From NCBI GenBank assembly GCA_050084985.1, contig JBITNC010000002.1, positions 37,820,001 to 37,884,000 on the forward strand: a stretch of DNA of 64,000 nt. Reading direction: 5' to 3'. The stretch comes from Nageia nagi (Eukaryota > Plantae > Pinophyta). The notes below the pieces were generated by a model. The model did not search any database. It was not told the origin of the DNA and saw nothing but the letters and a program-made list of their open reading frames with translations. A program made the position numbers and the translations under genes. This document shows, piece by piece, positions 11,884-21,997 of this stretch (position 1 is its first letter; every line of letters begins with the position of its first letter).

Positions 11884-14875
11884 GTAAATTTTAAAGAGTA
11901 GGTATAAAGATTCTCCTCATTTGGTCATTTATTTTGATTATTACATAATGCTACTAACACATTATTTGCTATGTGTTAGTCCTTTTTAAGTTATGATTAA
12001 CAAGTTGCAATTTTTTTTACTAATCCTCTATGTTACTTGCAATTTTAAATTGCTATAGTTCTTTTAAAGGGTTAGTATACAACACTTGTAATTTGTTGTT
12101 CATGTTATATTGAACTTAAAAGTATGTGTTGGTTCAATTATTTGATTAAATGCCCATATATGATGCAAAATTGCAATATTTATACTAACATTTTTTTTAT
12201 GTTAGTAGTAATATGAAATATCTCATATATACTATCATTAGTGAGTTATTGATATAATCCTAAGCAAAAGGCATCAACATTTCCAAAAAGTTAGAAAGGA
12301 GGACAAATTTTTTTTAAGGGCACAAGAATATATTCCAAAGATCAATATTTATTAATCTTTGTTGTTTAACATATAGTTAAAATATATATATATATATATT
12401 TGTTTATTTGTTTAAAAAGCACAAATAGTTCTATATATTTTTATATTTTAAATCTGTTTAAGATATTCAAAAATATATAAATTTTTTGTTATTATGTTTT
12501 TTAAATTTATTTAAACTCAAAATAAATAACATTTAGGGGGGTCACAATAAATTAAAATTATATGAATTTATTTCAAGGGGGGGTCATTAGATAAAAATTA
12601 AATCAAAATATATATTAATGGGGGGTCAAATTAAAGTTTTAAAATGTGGGGGGGCGTCTAAGTTTTAAAACATGGGGGGGCATCCTCCCGCGCGTGCGCA
12701 GACGCTCCTCCGCCACCTTTCAGCACACGATCGCCTCCCCACCACGTGCATGCTGCCTCTCCTCCCACCGCCCAGCTGCTCCACCCCCTCGCCCTGCACG
12801 CGCGGCCACCCCCTCGCGCTCCCCTGGGGCTCCTCCCCCCGCACGTACCATCGCTCCTCCGCTCCCGCCCGTAGATGCACCTACAGTCTGACTTCACCGC
12901 AGCCTCCTACCACCTGACGACCTCCTCTTGCGTCTGCCTCCTCCTGCACGCAAAGGGTCTGGGAACTGTTTGATGAAATGCTGCATGAATTGTTTGACAA
13001 CATGCCTCCTCACGATGCCGTCTCATAGGCGATGCATAAAATGGATACAATGAACGGGTCCACGCGAACTATTTCGTGGCCTATCATGATCGTAGGCACT
13101 GCACTGCTTGCATAGACTGCCATGCTCGTCGGTTATCTACCAAACGGATACGTCAAATGGTGCACATGCATGTTGTTTACCACCATACATGATGCAAACA
13201 CTGTTTCATGGATTAAAATGATCAATCGGCTGCCTCCTGTCCTCAGCCTGCTCACACACGCACCGGTTGTGCATCCATCCTCGTCCTCGCATGCTTGCCA
13301 ACCTCACAGCCAGCTGAAGTCTTCTCCTCCCTCTCCTCCTAAGCTCCTCCTCTCTGGTCAGCCTCCTGCACAAGTCTCCACTTCCTCCTTTCCCAACACC
13401 TCCATTGGATGTCTTCTAAGCCTCCATATCGGTCATCCTCCTTCCATGGTCAAGGTTGATGGCTACCAACACCTTGCAAGTCTTCTTAGTCACCTTAAAT
13501 GCCTTAGTTTTTTTTGTTGACCACCTACATATTTGCACTTCCAAAAAAAAAGCAACGTATCTTTTGGTGGAAGAACAAGGGGGGGTCATATTTTTTCCAC
13601 CTACTAAGCATTTAATGATTATTGACTTAGGAATTTTTTTTTAGTCCATACGGTAGACCAAGCATTACAAAGCATTTAAAATAGGGGTATCGGTCTCCTA
13701 TTCCAACTTGCACACTTATTCTTCTTAGGCATTTTTTTACTTGCTTCCAAGTCAATTGCTCCCATTAAATGCACTTAGGAGTACTTAGACTATTTCTAAT
13801 ATTCTACTCCCCATTGCATGTTTAATTTAAGTGCATATCCAATCTCTAAGCATAGTTACAAGGGATAACAATTTAAGTAAAAAGGGGGGCTAGTATAAAT
13901 TTTTACTTAAATTTTATCTAGATGTAATTTTTTTACTTAAATTTTATCTAGATGTTGCATATGATGCATGTATCTTATTTGAAGAATTAAATACTAAGTA
14001 TTCTTAGGACTTAAATTTTTAATGCATGATGCATGCTTACTTAAATTTTTAAGTCATGATACAATGCATGTTATGAATTAAACACTAAGTAGGACTTAGT
14101 TCTTTGTTTAATTCATTAAGTGCTTGAATCAATTGAGAAAAATATGACCAATGTAAAAGTCCTTTAGGGGTTAGAACAAAACCCATTGGACTCAATTTTT
14201 GGCCTCTTAAGGTTTCAAGTTCGTGTGGATGGAGTATTTTTCACCTTACTTTATATTTTTTGCACATTTGCTTATACTTGCAATACGTAAAAATTTGAAA
14301 AGTAACCCCTAAAATGAATACATCCGCACGTATTTTCCACAACATGACTTGTTTGGGGAGCCATGAGGTGAGGACAGGGCAGACTGGAGCCCTTTTAGTC
14401 CGAAGAACCAAGTGGTGGTAAGTCCGTCTTAATTGCCCCTAAGACCTCTGTTGGATTGGACATAACTCTATTAGGTGGACAGGCATGTGTGTAGTGATAC
14501 CACATGTCCGCACGTCCATTCAGGGATTATCCTGATAACCTAGGAGGAAAACTGAAACCCTTAATCAAGATAATTAAAATGGCCGGTCCAAGATACGTCG
14601 GATCCTTGGAAAATAGTAAGTACTTCTCCTTGTGAGAGTATATCACTGACCAAGGTGAACTGGTTGAGGACTGGTAGTACCTGGGCTCCACCTTGCGGGC
14701 ATCCAGGTGAAGGCCTAATTCTATACAAGAAAACAACCCCAACTTTATCCTTCTATGGATCATGGTTAATGAGTTTACACATGTGGGACATGTTTGCTTA
14801 TTAGATGTTTTATATGTATAGATGAAAATTGTAAAAGTTTACATTCTTATTGCATATTCATTTGTTTTTTTGTAG
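11884..14875 (+). other. Predicted ~3-kb intron in the copia 5' leader
   Basis: Donor GAG|GTAAAT at 11884, conserved as GAG|GTAAAA at 44367 in a related copy. U-rich acceptor ATTTGTTTTTTTGTAG|CA ATG ends at 14875, 2 nt before the Gag ATG. Confidence 0.6.
12960..13228 (+). pseudogene. Mosaic of short PLS-PPR gene fragments captured in the copia leader
   Basis: Translates as ELFDEM, ELFDNMPPHDAVS*, (shifted frame) A*NGYNE and RELF, SWPIMIVG, A*TAMLVGYLPNGYV, LFTTIHDANTVSWIKMI. All match the PLS-PPR consensus ARELFDKMPxRDVVSWTAMIAGYAQNG. Confidence 0.75.
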
Positions 14876-14877
14876 CA

Positions 14878-17800
14878 ATGGTTGAAACCTTCGTTCCCAA
14901 GCACATACTCGATGGTTCCAACTTTGGAATATGGGAACCACGTATGAAAGCTGAGTTACAAGCAAGAAAGTTGTGGCAGATAGTTAGTGAAGATGCGGTT
15001 GCTCCTACCGATGAGAAGGCTCTTGAAGTATACAACTCAAAGAATGAGTTAGCAACTTCTATGATTTACTGTGCAGTTTCAGATGATGTCCTTCTCATGA
15101 TTTCTTCATCAACTTCAGCAAAGGAAGCTTGGGATAGGTTAAAGAAAATCTACCTTGGGTCCAAATTTTCAAGGAGGTTTACCATTCTACAAAAGTTGTT
15201 GCAGTATCGACAAAGTGAAGATGAAAGTGCCTCCATCTACTTAAACAAAATCATTGACCTCAGGACACAACTGGTTGGTTGTGGGTGCAACTGGATCAAT
15301 GATGAGTTCATGGTCTTCATCATTCTACAAATCCTTACTACAAAGTTCAGCAACTTTGTCACAGTTATGGAAACAAGGCTCGATGATGAAGAAGATGTCA
15401 TCTCACTTGATAACCTTTCAAGACTTCTTCTAAAGTATGAGGAAACTTTGAACAAGAAAATGTTGAACCTTTCTCCAAAGGACCATAGCATTGCTCTAGG
15501 AGCAATCAAAACTCCTTTCAAGAAAAAGTTCAAACATTACAAATTCAAAGACAACAAGTCCTCATCTACCTTCAGGAAGTATGACAAAAAGGGCAACAAC
15601 AACAACAATCATGGCAACTACAGGCACAAAAGTGATAAAGCAGGATCCAACAATCCAACACCTCAGGAAAAGTTTGATGGGAATTGTAACTTCTGTGGCA
15701 TCTTTGGGCACAAAGAGTATAATTGTCGTAAAAAGAAATTTGCTCAAAAAGGAAAGGGAAATGCAAATGTGAGAAATTTCAATAATAAAAAGAAGAACAA
15801 GCATGCTGCTTCTGTTGCCTACTACTCAATGACTCAAACTATTTCAAATGATTGGATTGTTGATACAGGATGCACTAATCACATGTGTTATGAAAAGGAT
15901 AAGTTTGAAAACTTTCATAAGTACAAAAAGGATGCAGTTGTGATAGGTGATAATACAGTCCTTGATGTTCACGGAATAGGAAGTGTGAAGATTCATGGAA
16001 AGACTCTTGACAATGTCTTTTATGTGCCTAAACTAAGGATGAATCTCATCTCCGTGATTCAAATTACAAGGAAAGGATGCTCATTTGAGTTTACCTCACA
16101 CTCTTGGTGTGTTAAGAAAGGACTTGCCACTTTGATGAAAGGATCAGTAAAGAATGACCTTTATATTGTGGATCAAGTACCTTCAAAGATTTGTCTTGCT
16201 ACAAATGTTTGTTCAAAAGGTAATCTTTGGCATCAACGATTAGGACACCTTAACCACAAGAGTATTCAAGCTATGAAAACTCAAGAACTTATGGAAGGTT
16301 TACCTAATATTTCACCCACAGTTGGTCTTTGTGAAAGGTGCATTCTAGGAAAGATGCATAGGCAAAAGTTTGAAAAAGATAAGGCAACTCGGGCTACTTG
16401 TCCTCTTCAACTTGTGCATTCAGATTTGATGGGTCCTTTTCAGACTAAGTCACTAGGTGGAGCTTCTTATGTTCTGACCTTTATTGATGACTTCAGTAGG
16501 ATGACATTTGGTTATCTACTTGAGCACAAGGATCAAACTTTTGACAGGTTTCAAGACTTCAAGGCACTTGTTGAAAATCAAACTGATTTTAAGATCAAAA
16601 TGTTGAGATCTGACAATGGAGGTGAGTATAATAGCAATGAGTTTAATGACTTTTGTGTTAAACACGGGATTAAGCGACAATTCACAATCCCTTACACCCC
16701 TCAGCAAAATGGAGTTGTTGAAAGGAAGAATCGAACCATTATGGAAATGGCAAGATGCATGTTGGGTAACCTTCCTAGTTTCTTATGGGGCGAAGCTGTT
16801 CACACTGCTATTCACACCCTAAATAGGTGTCCTACTAAGGCAGTTGAAGGTAAAACTCCATATGAAGCATGGACAGGAAAGAAACCTAACCTCTCACACT
16901 TCAGGGTCTTCGGTTGTGATGCATTTACCTTCATTACCTCAGAGAAAAGAAAGAAGCTAGATAAACGATCAGAAAAATGCATCTTTGTGGGGTATGATAA
17001 TCAGCATAGAGGTTACAGGCTCTACTCTTCATCCCATAAAATAGTCTTTGTGTCTAGGGATGTTAAGTTCAATGAACTTTCTGAGGATACGACCTCTCAT
17101 GCTGAAGTGTCTGATACAGATGATTCTTCGCCTGCACCTAACTGGTTGGATGAGCATGTAGAGAAGTCACCACAAGAGCAAAATTCTCCAGCACAGAGAA
17201 TTACAAGAAGTATGACCTTGAATAAATCCTTATTTACCAAAATTGATAATATGCATGAGCCATCAACCTTCAAAGAAGCTTCCAAGCAAGAGTGTTGGAT
17301 GGAAGCTATGAAAGTTGAGTATGAGGCTCTCATGAAAAATGAAACTTGGGATTTGGTTCCTTATCCCAATGAGAAAAATGTGATTGGCAATAAATGGATA
17401 TACAAGGTCAAGTACAATTCTGATGGAAAAATTGAAAAATACAAGGCAAGGTTAGTAGCCAAAGGATTCACTCATAAATATGGTATTGATTATGAGGAAA
17501 CCTTTGCTCCTGTAGCCAAGATGCCTACTGTCAGAATAATTCTTGCTCTTTCTGCAGCTCAAGGATGGAAAGCTTTTCAACTTGATGTCAAAAGTGCATT
17601 TCTCAATGGGGACTTGGATGTTGAAATCTACATGAATCAACCAGAAGGATTTATTCCAGAAGGAAAAGAGTCTCTTGTGTGTAAACTAAAGAAGTCTTTG
17701 TATGGACTAAAGCAAGCACCTAGAGCATGGTACAAGAAAATTTCAGGATTCTTTGCAGATATTGGTTTTTCCAAGTGCTTCTCAGATTCAGATCTATATG

Positions 17801-18804
17801 TACTCAATCAAGGACAAGACGTGGTCATAATTCTCCTTTATGTGGATGATCTTCTCATCACAGGCAATAATATTGAAATCATCCAAGAGTGCATCTCCAA
17901 ACTCAAGGCAACATTTGAAATGACTGATCTAGGTCTATTGCATTACTATCTTGGGATGCAAGTATACCAACACAAAGATTGTACTTATCTTAGTCAATCT
18001 AAGTATATATCAGACATCTTGCAAAAGTTTGGCATGGAAGAGTGCAAATATGTTGCAATACCTGTTTCTCTTGGAATCGTTGTATCACTGAGCTCAGATT
18101 CTCAGTTGGCTGATGCTACAGCTTATAGACAATTGATTGGTAGTCTTCTATATCTGACTATCTCTCGTCCTGATATTGCCTTTGCAGTAAATCTGATGGC
18201 ACGATTCATGCAAACACCATATGTTGAACACCTCAATGCTGTTAAGCAAATCTTGAGGTATGTCGCAGGGACAAAGGATCTTGCTCTTAAGTATTCCAAA
18301 GTGCCCTCGATTGTTCTCTCAGGGTTCTCAGATTCTGATTATGGGGGAGATAGAGATGATAGAAAATCAACCTCTGCATATGTGTTTAGCATTGGTTCAG
18401 GTGCTATCTCTTGGGCTTCCAAGAAGCAACCTACTGTGACTCTTTCTACCACCGAAGCCGAATATCGAGCCATGTCTGTTACCGCCCAAGAAGCTATTTG
18501 GCTAAGACATCTTCTGAACGAAATTGGGTATACGCAAAATGGCCCATCTCTTATTTCATCAGACAATCAATCGGCTATCTCTTTGGCTAAGAATCCTGTG
18601 TTCCATCAGCGAACCAAACATGTAGAAATCCAAGCTCATTTTATCAGGGAGAAGGTTCTAGATGACATCATACACTTGCAGTATTGTCCATCTACTAAAA
18701 ACTCCGTTGATTTGTTCACCAAGCCCCTTCCTGAAGCTCAGTTCTGCAAGCTTAGGGATTCTCTCGGGTTGGTGAAGTTGCCCTCAAGGGGGAGTGAAGT
18801 TTAA
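14878..18804 (+). CDS. Ty1/copia Gag-Pol polyprotein (1308 aa from first ATG)
   Basis: Zinc knuckle CNFCGIFGHKEYNC; protease WIVDTGCTNHM; integrase HQRLGH..CERC, HSDL, SDNGGEY, ERKNR; RT LDVKSAFLNG, LYGLKQAPRAW, YVDDLL; RNase H SDSDY, EAEY, DNQSAI. The track ORF starts at a non-ATG codon (14794); the first ATG is 14878. Confidence 0.97.
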   Translation: MVETFVPKHILDGSNFGIWEPRMKAELQARKLWQIVSEDAVAPTDEKALEVYNSKNELATSMIYCAVSDDVLLMISSSTSAKEAWDRLKKIYLGSKFSRRFTILQKLLQYRQSEDESASIYLNKIIDLRTQLVGCGCNWINDEFMVFIILQILTTKFSNFVTVMETRLDDEEDVISLDNLSRLLLKYEETLNKKMLNLSPKDHSIALGAIKTPFKKKFKHYKFKDNKSSSTFRKYDKKGNNNNNHGNYRHKSDKAGSNNPTPQEKFDGNCNFCGIFGHKEYNCRKKKFAQKGKGNANVRNFNNKKKNKHAASVAYYSMTQTISNDWIVDTGCTNHMCYEKDKFENFHKYKKDAVVIGDNTVLDVHGIGSVKIHGKTLDNVFYVPKLRMNLISVIQITRKGCSFEFTSHSWCVKKGLATLMKGSVKNDLYIVDQVPSKICLATNVCSKGNLWHQRLGHLNHKSIQAMKTQELMEGLPNISPTVGLCERCILGKMHRQKFEKDKATRATCPLQLVHSDLMGPFQTKSLGGASYVLTFIDDFSRMTFGYLLEHKDQTFDRFQDFKALVENQTDFKIKMLRSDNGGEYNSNEFNDFCVKHGIKRQFTIPYTPQQNGVVERKNRTIMEMARCMLGNLPSFLWGEAVHTAIHTLNRCPTKAVEGKTPYEAWTGKKPNLSHFRVFGCDAFTFITSEKRKKLDKRSEKCIFVGYDNQHRGYRLYSSSHKIVFVSRDVKFNELSEDTTSHAEVSDTDDSSPAPNWLDEHVEKSPQEQNSPAQRITRSMTLNKSLFTKIDNMHEPSTFKEASKQECWMEAMKVEYEALMKNETWDLVPYPNEKNVIGNKWIYKVKYNSDGKIEKYKARLVAKGFTHKYGIDYEETFAPVAKMPTVRIILALSAAQGWKAFQLDVKSAFLNGDLDVEIYMNQPEGFIPEGKESLVCKLKKSLYGLKQAPRAWYKKISGFFADIGFSKCFSDSDLYVLNQGQDVVIILLYVDDLLITGNNIEIIQECISKLKATFEMTDLGLLHYYLGMQVYQHKDCTYLSQSKYISDILQKFGMEECKYVAIPVSLGIVVSLSSDSQLADATAYRQLIGSLLYLTISRPDIAFAVNLMARFMQTPYVEHLNAVKQILRYVAGTKDLALKYSKVPSIVLSGFSDSDYGGDRDDRKSTSAYVFSIGSGAISWASKKQPTVTLSTTEAEYRAMSVTAQEAIWLRHLLNEIGYTQNGPSLISSDNQSAISLAKNPVFHQRTKHVEIQAHFIREKVLDDIIHLQYCPSTKNSVDLFTKPLPEAQFCKLRDSLGLVKLPSRGSEV

Positions 18805-18863
18805 ACTTTTGTTAGTGATGACAACTTCACCTCTTAGAGGCCTTTTTTGATTGTACATTCTAG

Positions 18864-19143
18864 ACCTTCGTGGTAAGTTTGCTCTGCGTGACAAACTTGT
18901 TGTACAATTGTTGTTATAGAGTGTTGATTATTTTATACCTCAGTGGTAAGTTTGCTCTGGGTGACAAACTTGTTGTACATTTTATACCTCCGTGGTGAGT
19001 TTGCTCTGCGTGAGAAACTTATTGTACAAATTTTGAGCATGTAATTAATATACCTCCGTGGTAAGCTCGCTCTACGTGACGAACTTGTTGTACATTCTAT
19101 ACCTCCGTGGTGAGTTTGCTCTACGTGAGAAACTCGTTGTACA
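18864..19143 (+). repeat. Array of five 43-nt hairpin-forming repeats with 30/6/23/6-nt spacers in the copia 3' UTR
   Basis: ACCTCCGTGGT(A/G)AGTTTGCTCT(G/A)CGTGA(C/G)AAACTTGTTGTACA at 18864, 18937, 18986, 19052 and 19101. Confidence 0.92.
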
Positions 19144-19620
19144 ATTTTATGCTCTATTTTAAATCAACACATGTCTATATACAACAGGTGACTATGAGTG
19201 ATGGCTTGGCATCTCCGTGATGGCTTATAGTGCACCATTGATCAGTTATTTATAAGATGGCATTATTTAATTCTCTTATTTGAATATATGATGCATCTAA
19301 CTGATTTTGTTCATGAGTTGCTTGTAGCATGCAGGATCTTCTTTAGAAATGCAGGTTACTCACCTTGTGAAAGCAAGCTCATGGAGACTCACATGTAAGC
19401 TTAAAGTTGATCGACTACTATGTACAGTGAAACCAGTTGTGGTTAATGATTGTATTGTAAACCATTTTTGTCAAATGGTAATGTAGTGAGTCTCATACTA
19501 GTTCTCAAAAAGATTCTCAAAAACATGTAAAAGTTCTCATCTCCACTTGTATCTCTATGGAGAAGAACTCTCTCTTACTCTCTCTCTTCTCTCTTCTACG
19601 CTCTATCCCAATATTGCATT

Positions 19621-19629
19621 AAGGGGGAG
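19621..19629 (+). other. Polypurine tract
   Basis: AAGGGGGAG immediately before the 3' LTR. Confidence 0.92.
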
Positions 19630-20118
19630 TGTTAGAATTTGTAATGAAATATTGTGAATATCTAAACTCCTTGTAAATTCAATTAATCACTTAAAGGTAT
19701 GTAGATACCTTAAGTGATTAATAGAATTCTTTAATATGTAGACTTTGACTTTACCAAAGGAGTTAGTTGGTAGGTTGAAGTTTGGTGGTACATTTAATGT
19801 AACCCTAACCTTACCCTTGGGTTAAAAGAAGGTTAGGGAGGTGCTCTCAAACTATAAATAGAGGGCCTCTCCTCTTGTAAATATATCTAAGTTTTGAGTA
19901 AGATTACTCTACTTGGTTGTGTAGGAGAGAGCTAGAGAATAGTTGTAAGAGAGACATAGATTTGAGAATAAGAGAACTAGTTGTGGATGTACTCCCAAGG
20001 AGGGAGGAACCACATTATATTGATGTGTTATCTTGAGTGATTGTGTTATCTTGTGTACATTTGAGTTTCCTAGTTTAAGGTCCTAAAGGATTTGTTTAGA
20101 TCTAGTTCAAATCCTTCA
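19630..20118 (+). repeat. 3' LTR of intact copia
   Basis: Matches 11253-11741 except GTTAAAAGAAGG vs GTTAAAGGAAGG. Confidence 0.97.
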
Positions 20119-20244
20119 TGTATTAATATAAAATGGAATATACATGCAACATTGATTAAGTAATAATCTCAAATCATGAACTATTTTCATGAATATACAC
20201 ATATCATCGGCTAAGTTCATAATTTCAATGATTGGATCAAAATT

Positions 20245-20655
20245 GGTGTAGGCCAAAAGATTGATAATATGCATCATTATTATTCATAAAAGTAGGTCTA
20301 AAGATTAGAGAGATGCTTCGTAAAAGATACTTGAACCATTTCTAATCATGTTAGTGTAGGACTAAAGATTATTGAGATGTACCATGATCATTCACAAAAC
20401 AAGGCTTATGGATTAGCAAGATGCTTCATGAAGAGTATTTGAACCATCATTGATTAGGTTGGTGTAAGCCTAATCATTGATAAGATGCATTATGGTCATT
20501 CACAAAAGTAGGCATAAAAATTAGAGAGATATTTTATGGGAAATATTTGAACAATGATTGTAGTAGGAGAATGTAGATCTAAAGATTAATGAGATGTGTC
20601 GAGGTCATTCATGAACGTAGGCCTAAAGAATGGTAAGATGCTTCACGATAAGAGG
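20245..20655. repeat. Degenerate tandem repeat, ~4 copies of ~108 bp
   Basis: GTGTAGG.CTAAAGATT...CATTCA.AAAAGTAGG...AGATGCTTC recurs near 20246, 20354, 20461 and 20571. Confidence 0.7.
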
Positions 20656-20930
20656 GCCAACAATAGATGCTCCTCCTTTGACATTTTTTCATATTTATTG
20701 AATTTACATATTTTTTCTAATATTTTGTAAAACACTAATAGAAAAAATTCAACATTTAATGTCATTTAAAACTATTGGTTTGTAAAAACTATGAAGAGTT
20801 TTTAAATGTCACCAATGTAGGAGGTGGGAGTAGAACTTGAGATGTTCAATGTGGGTGCCATCACACCTTAGTTGTCTTCATAATCTTGTGACAAGAAGTG
20901 ATAAGTTATTTGAAAGTTTTGACAAAAATC

Positions 20931-21325
20931 ATTGTATTGTGCTTGATCTTCATCTAAAATTTCATTTTAATGATTTATTTGAACAATGGGTGGGTGTGAA
21001 TGATTATGGTCAATTATCCTTGGGAGTATTCTTATTTTTCTTGGAATATCTATGCTTTTGTGTATTATTTAATATTCTTCTTTATATGAGAAACAATCAT
21101 TCAAATACTTAATATATATATATATATATATATATTGTATTGTATTGTGCTTGATCTTGATCTAGAATTTCATTTTAATGATTTATTTGAAAATTGGGTG
21201 GGTGTGAGTGATTATAGTCAATTATCTTTGGAAGTAATCTTATTTTTATTGGAATATCTATGCTTTTGTGTGTTGTTTAATATTTATCTTTATATAAGAA
21301 ACAATAATTCAATTACTTAATATAT
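20931..21325. repeat. Tandem duplication of ~190 bp separated by a (TA)n microsatellite
   Basis: ATTGTATTGTGCTTGATCTT...TACTTAATATAT occurs at ~20931 and ~21140, which explains the similar spurious ORFs 20837 and 21135. Confidence 0.85.
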
Positions 21326-21334
21326 GTGTGTGTG

Positions 21335-21997
21335 TGTTAATATTGGGGGTGGTTTTGAAAGACCCCCAATGCCTTTTACATAGATAATAGTTTTGAAAAT
21401 ATTCCTCTACCTCCCCAGGGCATGAACAAGAGAGTCCCTCAACCTAGAGAAGGCTTTAACACTTTCAGAACATGGAAAAATTATTACATTTCTGACCAAT
21501 TTAAAAATCTTAAAATAGGTAATAAAACCTTGTACATTTCCATTCAGTTATTCTAAATCCTAAAAAGGATTTGAAAATTTAAACTTCATGCTTAGAAAGA
21601 TCTTGTAGTTGAGCCTTGGAAGGTGGATTCTGAAACCATGGTTTTCATAAAACCACTATTTGGATAAGCCAAGACAATACCGGTTGAAGCTTTCTTGAGT
21701 CCAATGAATAGGGCCCTTCTCCATTGAATAGGATAATACTGAAACCTCCTCCACAAAACCTAGGTCAACCATCAACTAAGATCCCTTGCCTTCTAAACCC
21801 AAACCACTCCCTTCCACCTCTGTTTGGGCGCTACCAGGGTCATCTTCCAAAAAGGAGTCTAAAGTATCCTCTCTACTTGGACCACCATCGCTACCTGAAC
21901 CATCTCTGCCTTCTTCAACAAACCCATCTCAGCCTTTGTAAATCTTACTAGACTGAGTCACAACTATTTCCCTTGGAACCAACCAAAACCTAATACA
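21335..21997. mobile_element. Probable solo LTR or insertion bounded by TG...CA within dinucleotide repeats
   Basis: Begins TGTTAATATTGGGGG after (TG)6 and ends CCTAATACA before a (CA) run. No ORF. No second copy in the window. Confidence 0.45.

Larger units (their letters stand above)
11253..20118 (+). mobile_element. Full-length, young, apparently autonomous Ty1/copia LTR retrotransposon (8866 bp)
   Basis: Two 489-bp TG...CA LTRs with one visible mismatch, PBS, PPT, uninterrupted Gag-PR-INT-RT-RH ORF, and TSD TGCAT (11248-11252) / TGTAT (20119-20123). Confidence 0.98.

Noticed and set aside
12646-13520. Pro/Arg/Ser-rich ORFs (12646, 12658, 12665, 12672, 13122) as extra genes
   Set aside because: They are open in several frames on both strands because of GC skew and low complexity. 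Only the short PPR-like peptides are recognisable, and these are interrupted by stops.
14794-14877. N-terminal extension of Gag-Pol in the ORF track
   Set aside because: Starts at a non-ATG codon and overlaps a polypyrimidine tract and acceptor; ATG 14878 is the plausible start.
18864-19143. True CRISPR array
   Set aside because: Eukaryotic retrotransposon context, no cas genes, and spacers of very unequal length (6-30 nt). Reported as a structured repeat array instead.
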